From Hemiscyllium ocellatum (Eukaryota): DNA of 64,000 nt. The stretch is from contig NC_083419.1 of the NCBI RefSeq assembly GCF_020745735.1, positions 25,690,085-25,754,084 on the forward strand. Direction: 5' to 3'. Positions 1-11,186 of this stretch are shown here, piece by piece; positions within the stretch are counted from its first letter, which is position 1, and the number at the start of each line of letters is the position of its first letter. A program made the position numbers and the translations under genes. The notes below the pieces were generated by a model. It had not been told where the DNA came from and ran no database searches. It saw nothing but the letters and a program-made list of their open reading frames with translations.

Positions 1-920
1 TTTCCAATCATCTGAGACTTTCCCTGACTCCAGTGATTTTTGAAAGATTACAACCAACACCTCCATTATTTCTTCAGCCATCTCCCTCAGAACTCTAGGT
101 GTAGCCCATCGGGGCAAGGAGATTTATCAATTTTTAGACCTTTTAGTTTATCAAATACTTTCTCTTTTGTAATGGCCACCATACTCAACTCTGCCCCTTG
201 ACTATCCTTAATTGTTGGGGTATTACTCATGTCTTCCACAGTGAAGACTGACACAAAGTATTTATTATGTTCTTCAGCTATTTCCTTGTCTCCCAACACT
301 AGCCTTCCTGAAACAATTTGGAGCAGTCCAATCTCTACTTGTGCCTCTCATTTGTTTCTTATGTACTAATAGAAACTTTTACTCTCATTTCTAATATTAC
401 TTGCCAGCTTACCCTTATATTTGATCCGTCCTTCCTTATTTCTCTCTTTGTTATCCTCTGTTTTTGTAGTCTTCCCAATCTTCTGATTTCCCAGTGCTCT
501 TTGACACTTTATAGACTCTCTCTTTTTCTGTGATACATTTCCTAAGTTACTTTGCCAGCCATGGTTGTCAAATTCCTCCTCCCCAATCCCCAAAATCCGC
601 ACCCCTCCCCCCTTTCCAACCCCCCAATAATCTTTCTTTTCTTTGGGACGTACTTCTGTACTGTGTCCTCAGTTACACTCAGAAACTCCTGCCATTGTTA
701 TTCTACTGTCTTCCCCACTAGGCTCTGCTTCCATGGGATTTTCATCAGTTCCTCTCTCGTGCCCCTGTAATTACCTTTATTTAACTGTAACACCATTACA
801 TCCGATTTTGCTTTCTCTCTTTTGAATTGCAGACTGGACTCTACCATACTATGATCACTGCCTCCTAAGTGTTCCCTGAGTTTAAGATCTTTTATAAAGT
901 CTTGCAATAAGGACATGCAT
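1..920 (-). mobile_element. CR1-clade LINE ORF2 fragment (endonuclease end/linker), degenerate, runs off the window
   Basis: ORF pieces LGGSDHSMV, NKYFVSVFTVED and LKIDKSPCPDGLH are CR1 ORF2 motifs. Confidence 0.85.
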
Positions 921-1159
921 CCCATCCTGATCCTTGATGTTCACCTTGATCCTTTCTAGCGTTTTCAGTGCTGTTTTGTTCCTGATATGACAGAGGGGCA
1001 AGTATACCGGGAGATGAAAATATGTGGCACGAACATTACTGTTGGTGCAATTGGAGAACTTTATCAAGCGGTGACTAAGATGCACAGAAGGCATGTAGAG
1101 CTGGTAGTACTACAGATCAGGGTGGACAAGGACAAGTAGGAAAGAAAACTTGGGACATT

Positions 1160-1550
1160 TTTCATTGAATTTAGGAGATTGAAAGATGATCTTAAATAAG
1201 ATTACAAAATAATTAAGGGTATAGATAGGTTTAATGGTTGTTGTCTATTCTCTAGGATGGGGATTTCAAGACCGGGGCACGTTTTTATGGTGAGAAGAGA
1301 GAGATTTAAAAATGACATGCAGAGCAAATTTTTTATACAGCAGTGGTTTGCATGTAGAATGAACCTCCTAAGAAAGTAATGGGTGTGGGTACAATTACAA
1401 AGTTTAAAAGGCATTTGGGTAAGTACATGAATAGGAATGTTTTGGAGGGATATGGAGCAGGGGCAGGCAGGTGTGCTAGTTTAGTTTGGTATTTAGTTCA
1501 GCATGTACCAAAAAGACTGCTTCTGTGCCAAATGATTCTATGACGCTATA
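1160..1550 (+). mobile_element. CR1 LINE 3' end fragment
   Basis: Decayed LFSLE.RRL..DL...YKI..GIDR / FFxQxV C-terminal coding region plus 3'UTR, as in the other CR1 copies here. Confidence 0.75.
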
Positions 1551-1742
1551 ACTGTACATGACATGCATTAGTGAAAATCGTAGAGCATGAACCATGGTGG
1601 GAGATGGGTAGAATAGCAGAGATGGAGTGAGTGTGAGATGAGAGAGAAGATGCCGATTACTGGAGAAGAACATTAACTCTCTTCCTACAGATAGCTGAGA
1701 TTGCTCTAACCTAGATCACAACCTTAGACCAGACTGTCATGT

Positions 1743-1920
1743 TTAGATTAGATTAGATTACCCACAGTGCGGAAACAGGCCCTTCAGCCCAACAAGTCCA
1801 CACCGACCCTTCGAAGAGTAACCCACCCAGACCCATTTCCCTCTGACTAATGCACCTAACACTATGGGCAACTTAAAATGGCCAATTCACCTGACCTACA
1901 CATCTTTGGACTGTGGGAGG
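1743..1920 (-). mobile_element. HE1-type V-SINE, 3' half
   Basis: Reverse complement of the 3' part of the 19624-19941 copy, including the (TAATC)n tail. Confidence 0.85.
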
Positions 1921-2659
1921 ATACTCACATATGTTCTGCTGTCATGGCATCCATTGTTGGCCCGGCACATGAGGAAGTCCCAACAGTGTACTACCCTGTC
2001 CAGCTGGAGTTCAAGGACCCTGCCCACAAATCATAGTACTGATTTCTCCCACCTAGCATTTCAAGGGCAAATATCAAGAACTGTGCAAGGGAGCTCCAGA
2101 CTAACAGTGCTTGACTGGGTGCACAATTGCTTTTTGAATGTGACAGGCACAAGGGATGCCAATCAGTTTGTGGATCTCCAATGGATGACAACTTGTTCTG
2201 GGAAAAACCAGACGTGATCCTTACTTTAAGAGCTGAAACATTGATTAATGTAACAGGTTTAGTAAGGTAAGATGAGAAAACTCACACTCCCTCACGTTGA
2301 GAATCACTGAACGAAACTCAACTCTATTTGCACTGTAAGATTCATATCAGAATTTATCGACATATTTAAGCCTGCAGCAAACAAGTCCAGAGGGGTGAAT
2401 TAATTCCTCTCTTTTCATTCCTGTGGTTGGTATAACATCTTGACTTTTAAAAATGTCTGCTTTTCCATTCAATGTGTATTTGACCTTGTTCAAAACAACA
2501 AACAATCAAACCCAAATTTCCTGAGGCAATCAAAATTAAGGAGTTTTTTTTACTTACACTGACTCAACTAAGGAAAATACTTATTTCAAAAATAAAAACA
2601 CATAATGAATTCTGTGACTTACACACACTCAATAGCATGTAGACATCTAGAAGAAAGGC

Positions 2660-3660
2660 TAAAAACAATGACTGCAGATGCTGGAACCAGATTCTGGATT
2701 AGTGGTGCTGGAAGAGCACAGCAGTTCAGGCAGCATCCAAGGAACAGTAAAATCGACTTTTCGGACAAAAGCCCTTCAACAGGAATAAAGGCAGAGAGCC
2801 TGAAGGGTGGCGAGATAAGCTACAGGAGGGTGGGGGTGGGGAGAAAGTAGCATAGAGTACAATAGGTGAGTGGGGAGGGGATGAAGGTGATAGGTCAGGG
2901 AGGAGGGTGGAGTGGATAGGTGGAAAAGAAGATAGGCAGTTAGGACAAGTCATGGGGACAGTGCTGAGCTGGAAGTTTAGAACTAGGGTGAGGTGGGGGA
3001 AGGGGAAATGAAGAAACTGTTGGAGTCCACATTGATGCCTGGGGTTGAAGTGTTCCGAGGCGGAAGATGAGGCGTTCTTCTTCCAGGCATCTGGTGGTGA
3101 GGGACCGATGGTGAAGGAAGCCCAGGATCTCCATGTCCTCGGCAGAGTGGGAGGGTGAGTTGAGATGTTGGGCCACAGGGCGGTATGGTTGATTGGTGCG
3201 GGTGTCCTGGAGATGTTCCTTAAAGCGCTCTGATAGGAGGCATGTAGAGGAGACCACATCGGGAGCAACGGATACAATAAATGATATTGGTGGATGTGCA
3301 GGTAAAACTTTGATAGATGTGGAAGGCTCCTTTAGGGCCTTAGATAGAGATGAGGGAAAAGGTGTGAGCGCAGGTTTTGCAATTCCTGCGGTGGCAGGGG
3401 AAGGTGCCAGGATGGGAGGGTGGGTTGTAGGGGGGCGTCGACCTGACCAGGTAGTCACGGAGGGAACGGTCTTTGCGGAAGGCAGAAAAGAGTGGGGAGG
3501 GAAATATATCCCTGGTGGTGGGGTCTTTTTGGAGGAAATGGAAGCGGATGATTTGTTTTATGCGAAGGTTGGTAGGGTGGAAGGTGAGCACCATTCTGTC
3601 CTTGTTACAGTTGGAGAGTTGGGGTCTGAGGGCGGAGGTGCGGGATGTGGACGAGATGTA
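2660..3660 (-). mobile_element. Penelope-like element (family A), 3' fragment: GIY-YIG endonuclease plus 3' terminal hammerhead-bearing repeat
   Basis: Peptides RMVLTFHP, PCHRRNCKTC, NIIYCIRCSRC and RFKEHL..PVAQHLNS.SH..R..EERLIFRLGTLQP form a PLE GIY-YIG domain. Degenerate hammerhead near 2751-2787. Confidence 0.88.
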
Positions 3661-3662
3661 TT

Positions 3663-3756
3663 GGAGCTGAAAATGTGTTGCTGAAAAGCGCAGCAGATCA
3701 GGCAGCATCCAAGGAACAGGAGATTCGTCGTTTCGGGCATAAGCCCTTCTTCAGGA
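3663..3756 (-). mobile_element. PLE family A terminal repeat piece (hammerhead core, cleavage triplet mutated to GAC)
   Basis: Reverse complement reads TCCTGAAGAAGGGCTTATGCCCGAAACGACGAAT; same orientation as the adjacent PLE fragment. Confidence 0.8.
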
Positions 3757-4484
3757 GGGGAGGTCTGGGGAGGTGCGATTGAAAAAAGTAGTTATGTCAA
3801 GGAAATATATGTTCAGATTCTGATATTATTTTCCAGTGGAGATTGCAGCTGAGCTGTTTCAGTTATTCTTCTATACGTGATCGTGCAGATCAAATGTCTA
3901 TGCCATAACAGATCTCAGTTCACATTGGTTTTCATTCACAGCTGATCACTTCCACAGAGCTGGCCATACTGCCTTCAAAAGGAGAGAAGAGAGAGGTGTT
4001 ACATTCTGTGATGTGTTCTTCAACTTGATGTTACTGAATGTTGGTTGTCTTCAGCAAAAACAAAGACTTATTATCATTGCTTCTGACAAGAGGTGTCTTC
4101 AGCGTGGACATTGGTTCTTGGCTCACAATGGGATAATCTGTTTTTAACAATCAGTTTCTTTGGTTCATTGTTATAGGTTTCCATCCATTCTTTCTTCTGT
4201 TTGTATCACAAATTTCCACATATGTTTGGTTTTGTACCAGCAAAATACTTAGCCAAGAAGTCTCTTGCCCACAGAATTTGGAAAGTCTTATTGTGAGGTA
4301 TATATTTATGACATTTAATGTCCAAATAATTATCCATGGAAAACTTTTCAGTGTTTGGTAGACAATTTCAACCATGTTATTCAGACATTCCTTTATAAAT
4401 TCCTGTGCAATTGGTTACTTCCAGGTCAGATGTTCCAGCTCATTTTTATCAGTCCTTTCAAACCAAAGTCCAGGAAATGCTGAG

Positions 4485-4612
4485 GAAGTTCTGAGGAAAG
4501 GTCATTGGATCCAAAATTTCAACTCTGATTTCTCTTCATAGATTCTGCCAGACCTGCTGAGCTTTTCCAGCAACTTCTGTTTTTGTTTCTGATTTACAGC
4601 ATCTGTAGTTAT
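4485..4612 (+). mobile_element. Old PLE-derived hammerhead-type mini-element (decayed)
   Basis: AGTT-CTGAGGA-AAGGTC..GATCC-AAAA..AACT followed by the family tail gacctgctgagcttttccagca...cagcatctg. Confidence 0.6.
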
Positions 4613-6544
4613 TTCAGGTTTAATTTAATATAATCATTATTTCCTTTACTGAAAAAAAATCATTTCAAGTTCCATTGTCATACTAGGATGTGTAATTGGG
4701 GCTGAATCTGTTGTGGGATAGGTTGACACTCTGAAACCTAGGGAATGCTTACCTGGGGATGTCATCCTTTTCAGGCAATATTCTACTGAGATTCTGTCTG
4801 CCACATTCTCTAGTGAATATTAAGTAAGAGTGTAAAATTCTTAAGATGGCATGATCAATGTTACTGCACCAACCAATGCAAACAATGGCAGATTGATTAC
4901 TTATTTAATTGTTAATGCCTGGTATAATGTTATATACAAAATAGTCTCCATTTTTGTTACAAAGCAACAAACATTGCACTTACAATTTCATTGCCTGTGT
5001 TGAAATCTGGACATTTCTGTGAAATATGATGAAGCCTGGTGTTGATCAACTACTTTATTTTCTTTAAATTAAATCCTGAAGAAGCTGTATTACTTCAATA
5101 TTAATTTATGTTGTCTGAAATATAATCAGTAACAAAATCATATTTCAGCAACTTTTTGTCACTGAAAGAGAGATTGCTTTTCTCTTCTTGTCAGTTGAAA
5201 ATGTTGACAGTACCCTTGTTTTTCTCCAGCTGACAAGCAAAATATGGCTGTTTGAGAAGGTAAATTCTGCTCAGTGCATTAGTTTCAGTGTGCATGCAGA
5301 GATCTGTCTTTCCACTTTGTAATGCTGCTCGTAAACGTGGCTGTTGTACTCCACTAAAATCATTATTCATTTGGAAATAGTGATGTAGTGGAATCATTGG
5401 TATGAGATACACAGTTCCAGTATACCTATGACTTTCAGAATGATTTTGCTAGCTTTTTCAGAAAATGTAAATACATGCAAACCTTGATAAATATCTTTAT
5501 AAATAATTAAAGGGGCTCAGGGAATCACAAGCATTCTTTTTAAATTTAAACTTAAACCATTTGTCTTCCAAGATGCATGAAATGTCAAAGCGACGTGTTC
5601 TTACATCTTCTCGGAGATCTTGCACATAATGTAAGGATACTAACCTGATAAACTGCTTATTTTATGTTGCTATGGCATATAAATTGCCCTCACACTACTA
5701 TTGAAATACCTTCACTTGTCTGGTTTCGGAAATACTCCTCCATTTCTCGACCATCTCCTTTTGTTCATTATTTCTTATTAGGTAAAAGCCCAGCGGGCAA
5801 ATCTTCACCCATAAAAGTAGATTATTGTTACTGCTGGGCTACAGGAAACTATTACTTTCTTCTCACATTTCTAGGTGCAACTTGTTATGGGAGAATAATG
5901 TATGTTCAGTTAGTAACATTTTTGTAAAGTGGCAATGTTTTTATAAACAGAATGCCATACTATCATCAAGAAGTGTATGGAAGGCTTAATTTTAGTTAAG
6001 TATTTACTGTCAACATCTAAGAATTGCCACAAAATAAGTGCACACCTAAGGATTAGTTGAGTTCCCCTAATTCTCATGATTCAGGAACAATTCCAAAGGA
6101 TAGTGAAAAATGACTGAGAAAAGGAAAGGTTAAACACACTCTTTGGTCCAGTCCTGAAGTAATGGAACAACTATGGCAAATTTTATTTGACTAAATCTTT
6201 CCACAGTATTTTGGAATCTTCTTCATGATGAAACAGCAGCTTATATTTATAGCATGGCCTTCAATGCAGTGAAACATCTGAAGGCATTTCACAAAGGTAT
6301 TGTGAAACAAAGTATGATACCCAGCCACATAAGTAGATATTAGATCAGATGAATAAAATGAGTCAAAGATGTAAATCTCAAGGTGTGTTTTCAATGAGTA
6401 TTAGAGGCAAGTAGGGAGGATATTTAAACTTTGGGGCCTAAACAACTGAAAGCACAGCCACCAATGGTACAGCAGTTATAATCGGGAATAAAGTAGATGT
6501 CAGATTTAGAAAAAACACTGATATGTTGGAAGATTTTGATAGTA

Positions 6545-6670
6545 GAAAGTGAGGTCTGCTGATGCTGGAGATCAGAGCTGAAAATGTGTTGCTGGAAAAG
6601 CGCAGCAGGTCAGGCAGCATCCAAGGAACAGGAGATTCGACGTTTCGGGCATAAGCCCTTCTTCAGGAAT
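6545..6670 (-). mobile_element. PLE family A mini-element
   Basis: About 125-bp repeat present in more than 10 copies in the window; homologous to the 3' end of the PLE at 2660-2790. Confidence 0.85.
6635..6670 (-). ncRNA. Minimal type-I hammerhead ribozyme motif (family A, intact)
   Basis: AUUC-CUGAAGA-A-GGGC(UUAU)GCCC-GAAAC-GUC-GAAU: stem I AUUC/GAAU, full core, stem II, palindromic ACGU stem III, GUC triplet. Confidence 0.8.
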
Positions 6671-7109
6671 TATGCTCAAAATGTCAAATCAGATTGTGAC
6701 AGTAGAACAGATTATAGAGATAGAAGTGGGTCAAATTTGAAAGTAAATGGTGAGAATTTTAAAATCAAGAGATTGCTTGACCTGGAAACAATGCAGAGAA
6801 GTGAACACAGGGATGATTGGGGAATGGGACTTGCAATGAGTTAGAACACAGGCAGCAGAGTTCTGGATGACCTCAGATTCAAAGAAGATAGAAGGTGGGA
6901 AGGCAGCTGGAACTCATTGGAGTGTTTGGAAGTAGAAGTAATAAAATCATTTACAAAGCAAATATGCTGAGACAGGGATGAAGCTGGGCAGCTGTAAAGG
7001 TGGAAATGCATGGTCTTCTTAGTGGCACAAGATTAAAGTTGAAGGCTCATCTAGGGATCAAGTGTAACACCAAGGTTGCAAAGGGATTATTACCTCTAGC
7101 TTAGATGAG

Positions 7110-7232
7110 TTTTTTAAAATTATTTTTAGTCAACCACTTCAAACATATTATGACACTCCTTCAGGGCAGGTGACATGAACCCAAATCATCTGGGCCAGGA
7201 GCAGGGACACTACCACTGAGCAACAAGACCCT
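7110..7232 (-). mobile_element. Short tRNA-derived SINE (related copy at 63628-63750 on +)
   Basis: Reverse complement GGGTCTTGTTGCTCAGTGGTAGTGTCCCT...GGGTTCATGTC has an A/B-box-like head and an A-rich tail. Confidence 0.6.
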
Positions 7233-7338
7233 GGTGGATTCTAAAGTTGCCGATGGTCTTGAATGGTAAGTCATAAAACTGTAATCAAAGCAAATGGAAG
7301 ACAAAATATTTGTACATGAACTTCTTGTAAGAAATAGG

Positions 7339-7344
7339 TTTATT
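7339..7344 (-). terminator. myf5: Candidate myf5 polyadenylation signal AATAAA (a proximal one lies at 7638-7643)
   Basis: tttatt on the + strand at the end of an AU-rich 3'UTR-like stretch, about 480 nt after the stop. Confidence 0.55.
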
Positions 7345-7818
7345 CAATAAATGAATCCTAGTGTATTAAAAATATAGGCAGCAGGAAATCTCAAGAAATA
7401 TTTCTTAATCAGAAATGTGATAGATTTTCAAAACAAGTATGGCCTTTGAAATTGTTTTCTAGTGAAAAGGTAGAAGGCTTGCCTAAATCTCATGTTATTT
7501 TTGAAATCAGTTTCTAAATGCTCTCCCTTCCACAATGAGAATCTCACAGGTTTGAAACGCAGTTGTTATACAATGAATGTTGCAGGATTGGAACGGAAAA
7601 GCGAAGATGATGCGATTTATAAAATGTCTTTCGGGGTTTTATTCAGTTTTTAAATACAATTATTTTGTTGTCGACTAACGAATATTACGCTATTTACAAA
7701 TATACAGTAGAAAGTGGTCTAACTTAGAGAACAACTTATGATTGAAGCTTTGAATACAAAGGCTGTTGTGTTCTGGGGTGGAAGCGGCCATACTGAAGGC
7801 CTGCGGCTTTTGGGGGGT

Positions 7819-8003
7819 TTAAAGAACGTGATAAACCGGCTGGCTGGGAGTGGCCGGCTGCGAGGAATCGCTGACAGGCGGAGACATGGTCCTTCCATCC
7901 TGACCTGAAACAGGACAGCGCTCCAGGGAAGGTGAAATCCGCTCCACTATGTTGGACAGGTAGTCCAGACTGGAAACAGCCAGACCACGGCTGCTGGGAC
8001 AAA
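7819..8003 (-). CDS. myf5: Myf5 coding exon 3 (VCPSSRGLAVSSLDYLSNIVERIS...SQPATPSQPVYHVL*)
   Basis: tttctgtttttctatag acceptor, phase 1 compatible with exon 2. Helix III SSLDxLSxIVxRI and C-terminal YHVL; TAA at 7821-7819. Total CDS 507+76+185=768 nt = 255 aa. Confidence 0.96.
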
Positions 8004-8219
8004 CTATAGAAAAACAGAAATCGATCATGTGGCGATAAATGTGCAAACTTTATCAAACATGGAAACAATATACAAGTAACATATTTTGTAGAAATGTGCT
8101 TGACAAAAAAAAGCCCCATTGTTCCATTCAGCTATCCCAAACTAATTCCACAATTCCCGTCTCGTTCATAAAATTGCATTTAGATAGTTCTTCCTGGGTA
8201 TCGAATCGCTTGACAGCCA

Positions 8220-8520
8220 GTGAACTACTTTTTTGTAACGTAATCATTATTGAAATGTAGGGAAGGTGACGGCCACTTCACAGGCCGTAAAGATCCCACT
8301 AAAAGGCAATATGTTGATGACCAGGTAATACTATTTTGATGGAAGGATAAATATTCACCACAGAAGAGATTGCTCTCCTGCTTTTCCCTCAAGTAGTGCC
8401 ATGGGATCCTAGATGTTGACCTAGGAGGATAGTCAGGATCTTTATTCCATCACCACAAACATTGTACCTCTGACAGTATAGAGTTGGAAGATTAGCCCTG
8501 ATTGTTTGTGCTCGAGGAAT
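8220..8520 (-). mobile_element. Ancient DeuSINE (SacSINE1/AmnSINE-like Deu domain) in myf5 intron 2
   Basis: Blocks gatgaccag, ggataaatatt, ctcctgct and tagtgccatgggatc match the reverse complement of the Deu domain as I recall it; not aligned computationally. Confidence 0.65.
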
Positions 8521-8679
8521 ACAGCCAAATTAAGACTAAAACACTGTTCTCAATCTTTACATGGAGTCTCATGTGCTTGTCATAAACTGCGCCTTAAAAA
8601 GTTAATATCTAAATTCGTCAGTTTCAAGGTAGATTTATGATGAGATGTAAAATGATTTCACAAGAACATTAAAATGTAC

Positions 8680-8755
8680 CGTTCTGTAATTCCGAACAAT
8701 AAATGCGGTCAAAACTGACGTTCCTTCTAGACCAGACGGGGCTGTTGCATCCCAT
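8680..8755 (-). CDS. myf5: Myf5 coding exon 2 (MGCNSPVWSRRNVSFDRIYCSELQN)
   Basis: ttggtttttgttttgcag|ATG acceptor and G|GTACAT donor; 76 nt. Peptide matches the conserved Myf5 exon 2 (CNSPVWSR..FD.IYC). Confidence 0.96.
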
Positions 8756-10494
8756 CTGCAAAACAAAAACCAAGGATATCAAAATAAAAATCTTCCAAAC
8801 CTTTCAGTTAAACCTTTATGTAAATTCACCGTAACAAGTGACTTTATAGTGTATCCGTCAGGAGGCCTGGATCAGTAAAACAATGATTGCCCCTGGACGG
8901 AAATAAGCCCATCTGTTCATTAGACATAGTTGGCTTCTTTGCCACACCATGGTTTTCTCACATAAAGCATGAGGCCTGTCTGTTTGCCTGTACAGAAATG
9001 TGCATTGCGTTATCCATGGAAAATGAATTGCATGTCTCTGCAGTTAACGGAAGCTACATTAATTGTGCCAGGTCAGATTTTCCCATACTAAATTCATATT
9101 AAAGCTTTGGCTCCGATTGTCAAAACGTAGCGCTGTAAGAATGTTTCACTAGTTGTTGTTTCAAATAACAGCCTTTAGCTTGCTGCTGTTCTCGGCTCCT
9201 GTGGAGAGCAAAATGTGCAGAGGTGGGAAAGTCATCATCCCCGCATCCAAAGAGATCAATGTGTGTGGCAGCAACTTTGACTGAAGTGGCGAGAAGAAGC
9301 AGTCGGTCACACATAATGAGAGCCAGGCGCCACCTAAATCAAACCTTGAGCTCCGCAGAACATTTCATCTAATTTCCAGCGAGTACTAATGAAGTTGTTG
9401 AACTGTAACTCCTCACCTCCCTTTCCCTTCCCAAGTTAAATCAGGGAATGAGTCACAGAAAGACTGTCCGACAACTGTGAATGCAACTTTTTGACTATTC
9501 TCCTTGCTGTCCCCCTCCTCCGTGGTTTCCCTGATGCCGTTTTGTGAACGCAGAACCCATCCTCAGAGTTAAAACATGGATAAAGATCGAGCTGGTTGGG
9601 GCTGGAGCAGTGCAGTTATTCTGATGTTAATTAGGAAAAGTAACGGAAAGTTAGTTCACTGATAAGCGAATTGAAATGTTGGATGCACCTGAATAAACAA
9701 CTCGATTGTTAAATTACTTAGGACACGACAGTGCTCCCTTGGACGGTACTGATGGATTACTCGTTTTTAAAGACACCGTATCGGTTTTTTTTTAAAGTAG
9801 TATTTTGGTAATTGCTCACTTACGTCCAAGAGAGGTTCACGACTATTTGAGATTCCAATGCATGTGGTAAAATCAACCTACTTGACCAAAATTGTAACAA
9901 CAGTTCCGTTTGTTAACCATTGTAACCAATTTGTGAAGCCAATGAGCTGGTATCATTTCAGATTTCACACGAAAGGAGATGTCAGACAAAAGAATCTCCT
10001 TATACACCGTTCATCATTCTTTATCGGAAAGACAAAAAAAGTCATCAACTGCAAAGCTCTGATGAAACGACAAAGCCGCTTTTCCGAACAGACTTGTAAT
10101 CGGAATGTTACACCGATACAGACCAGGCTTTACGCGAAGGCGAAAACTTTATTGGCAAGTATTTTAATGAGGAATGGATCACCAAAACCATATGTTCGCG
10201 ACCTGCATTTGTAATACAAAGAAACACACTGGGCTAATGTCATAAACAGACGGGCGCGCAGCATGTTAGATCTGCCAGGGTGAGTGGGTAGATCGGTCAT
10301 AGGAAAGACCGAGACAAACAAATGAATCAAACAGAATGATTCTGAACCAGATGCTGACTCCTACCATTTTTTCTCCTCATTAATACAGACAACTTCATGC
10401 AGTGCATGCTGTTTCATTTCTGCAAGGATACATATGTATATTAATTCAGTGTGTGTTAGAGAAGGGGCATGCGGGTTAATAAATTGTTGCTTAC

Positions 10495-11001
10495 CATTTC
10501 ATCCGAGCAATTGGACGTGGGACTTGCTGGCTCTGAGCTGACATTGTCAGGGAGACTGTAGTAACTCGCCACTTGTTCCCTCAGGAGCTCCTGCAGACTC
10601 TCGATGTAACTGATGGCGTTTCTCAGAATCTCCACTTTAGGCAGCCTCTGGTTCGGGTTGGAGCTGGTGCACCTCTTCAGCGTCTCGAAAGCCTGGTTGA
10701 CTTTCTTAAGCCTCCTCCTCTCCCTCATGGTGGCCGCCTTCCGCCTGTCGGTGCTGGAACTTTTCCGCTTGCAGGCTTTGCAAGCCCAGAGGAGACAGTG
10801 GCCCGCAGCCTGGTGGTGGCTGCTCGGGGCCCTGACATGTTTCTCTTCCTCCGGGCCGCGGGACTCCAACTTATTATCTCGAAACACAAGTGCGCCGTGC
10901 TCAAACTCTTCTCCGAACTCTGGCTCCTCGGGCGACGAGAGACAAGAATGATCATAAAACAGGTCGGACGGAGAGAAGTGGCAGTCGACCATAATATCCA
11001 T
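10495..11001 (-). CDS. myf5: Myogenic factor 5, coding exon 1 ([12 protein letters not shown]...His/Cys region, bHLH...SNCSDEM)
   Basis: ATG at 11001 (the ORF track starts at an upstream TTG). Contains [58 protein letters not shown] and [18 protein letters not shown], all Myf5-type. Ends ATG|GTAAGC donor, phase 0, 507 nt. Confidence 0.98.
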
Positions 11002-11136
11002 AATGAAATCCAACAGGTTTGGCTGCTGCTCAGAACTTGCCCAGCCTTTCGGTACAATTAAACGAGGCGATGGACTTTTAAGACAAACCTCGGTAAGGGT
11101 CAGAGAAAAGTGCCCTGGACGTACACAGAAGAGCTC

Positions 11137-11186
11137 TTTATATACACGCTGGGATCTGTTACACGGCTCACATCCAGTCCCCGCCC
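11137..11186 (-). promoter_or_regulatory. myf5: myf5 core promoter: TATA box (TATATAAA, 11144-11137) and GC box (GGGCGGGG, 11186-11179)
   Basis: Canonical motifs about 140-185 bp upstream of the ATG, in a CpG-rich region. Confidence 0.75.

Larger units (their letters stand above)
6230..7085 (-). mobile_element. Old L2-like LINE 3' fragment, interrupted by the 6545-6670 mini-element
   Basis: Similar to 18750-18850 and 20357-21600; highly decayed. Confidence 0.45.

Noticed and set aside
9824-9877. Possible 54-nt in-frame cassette exon in myf5 intron 1 (AG...GAC|GTAAGT)
   Set aside because: Poor polypyrimidine tract and no similarity to MRFs; the canonical three exons already give the expected 255 aa.
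10573-11061. Plus-strand ORFs overlapping myf5 and myf6 exon 1
   Set aside because: Antisense shadows of GC-rich coding sequence.
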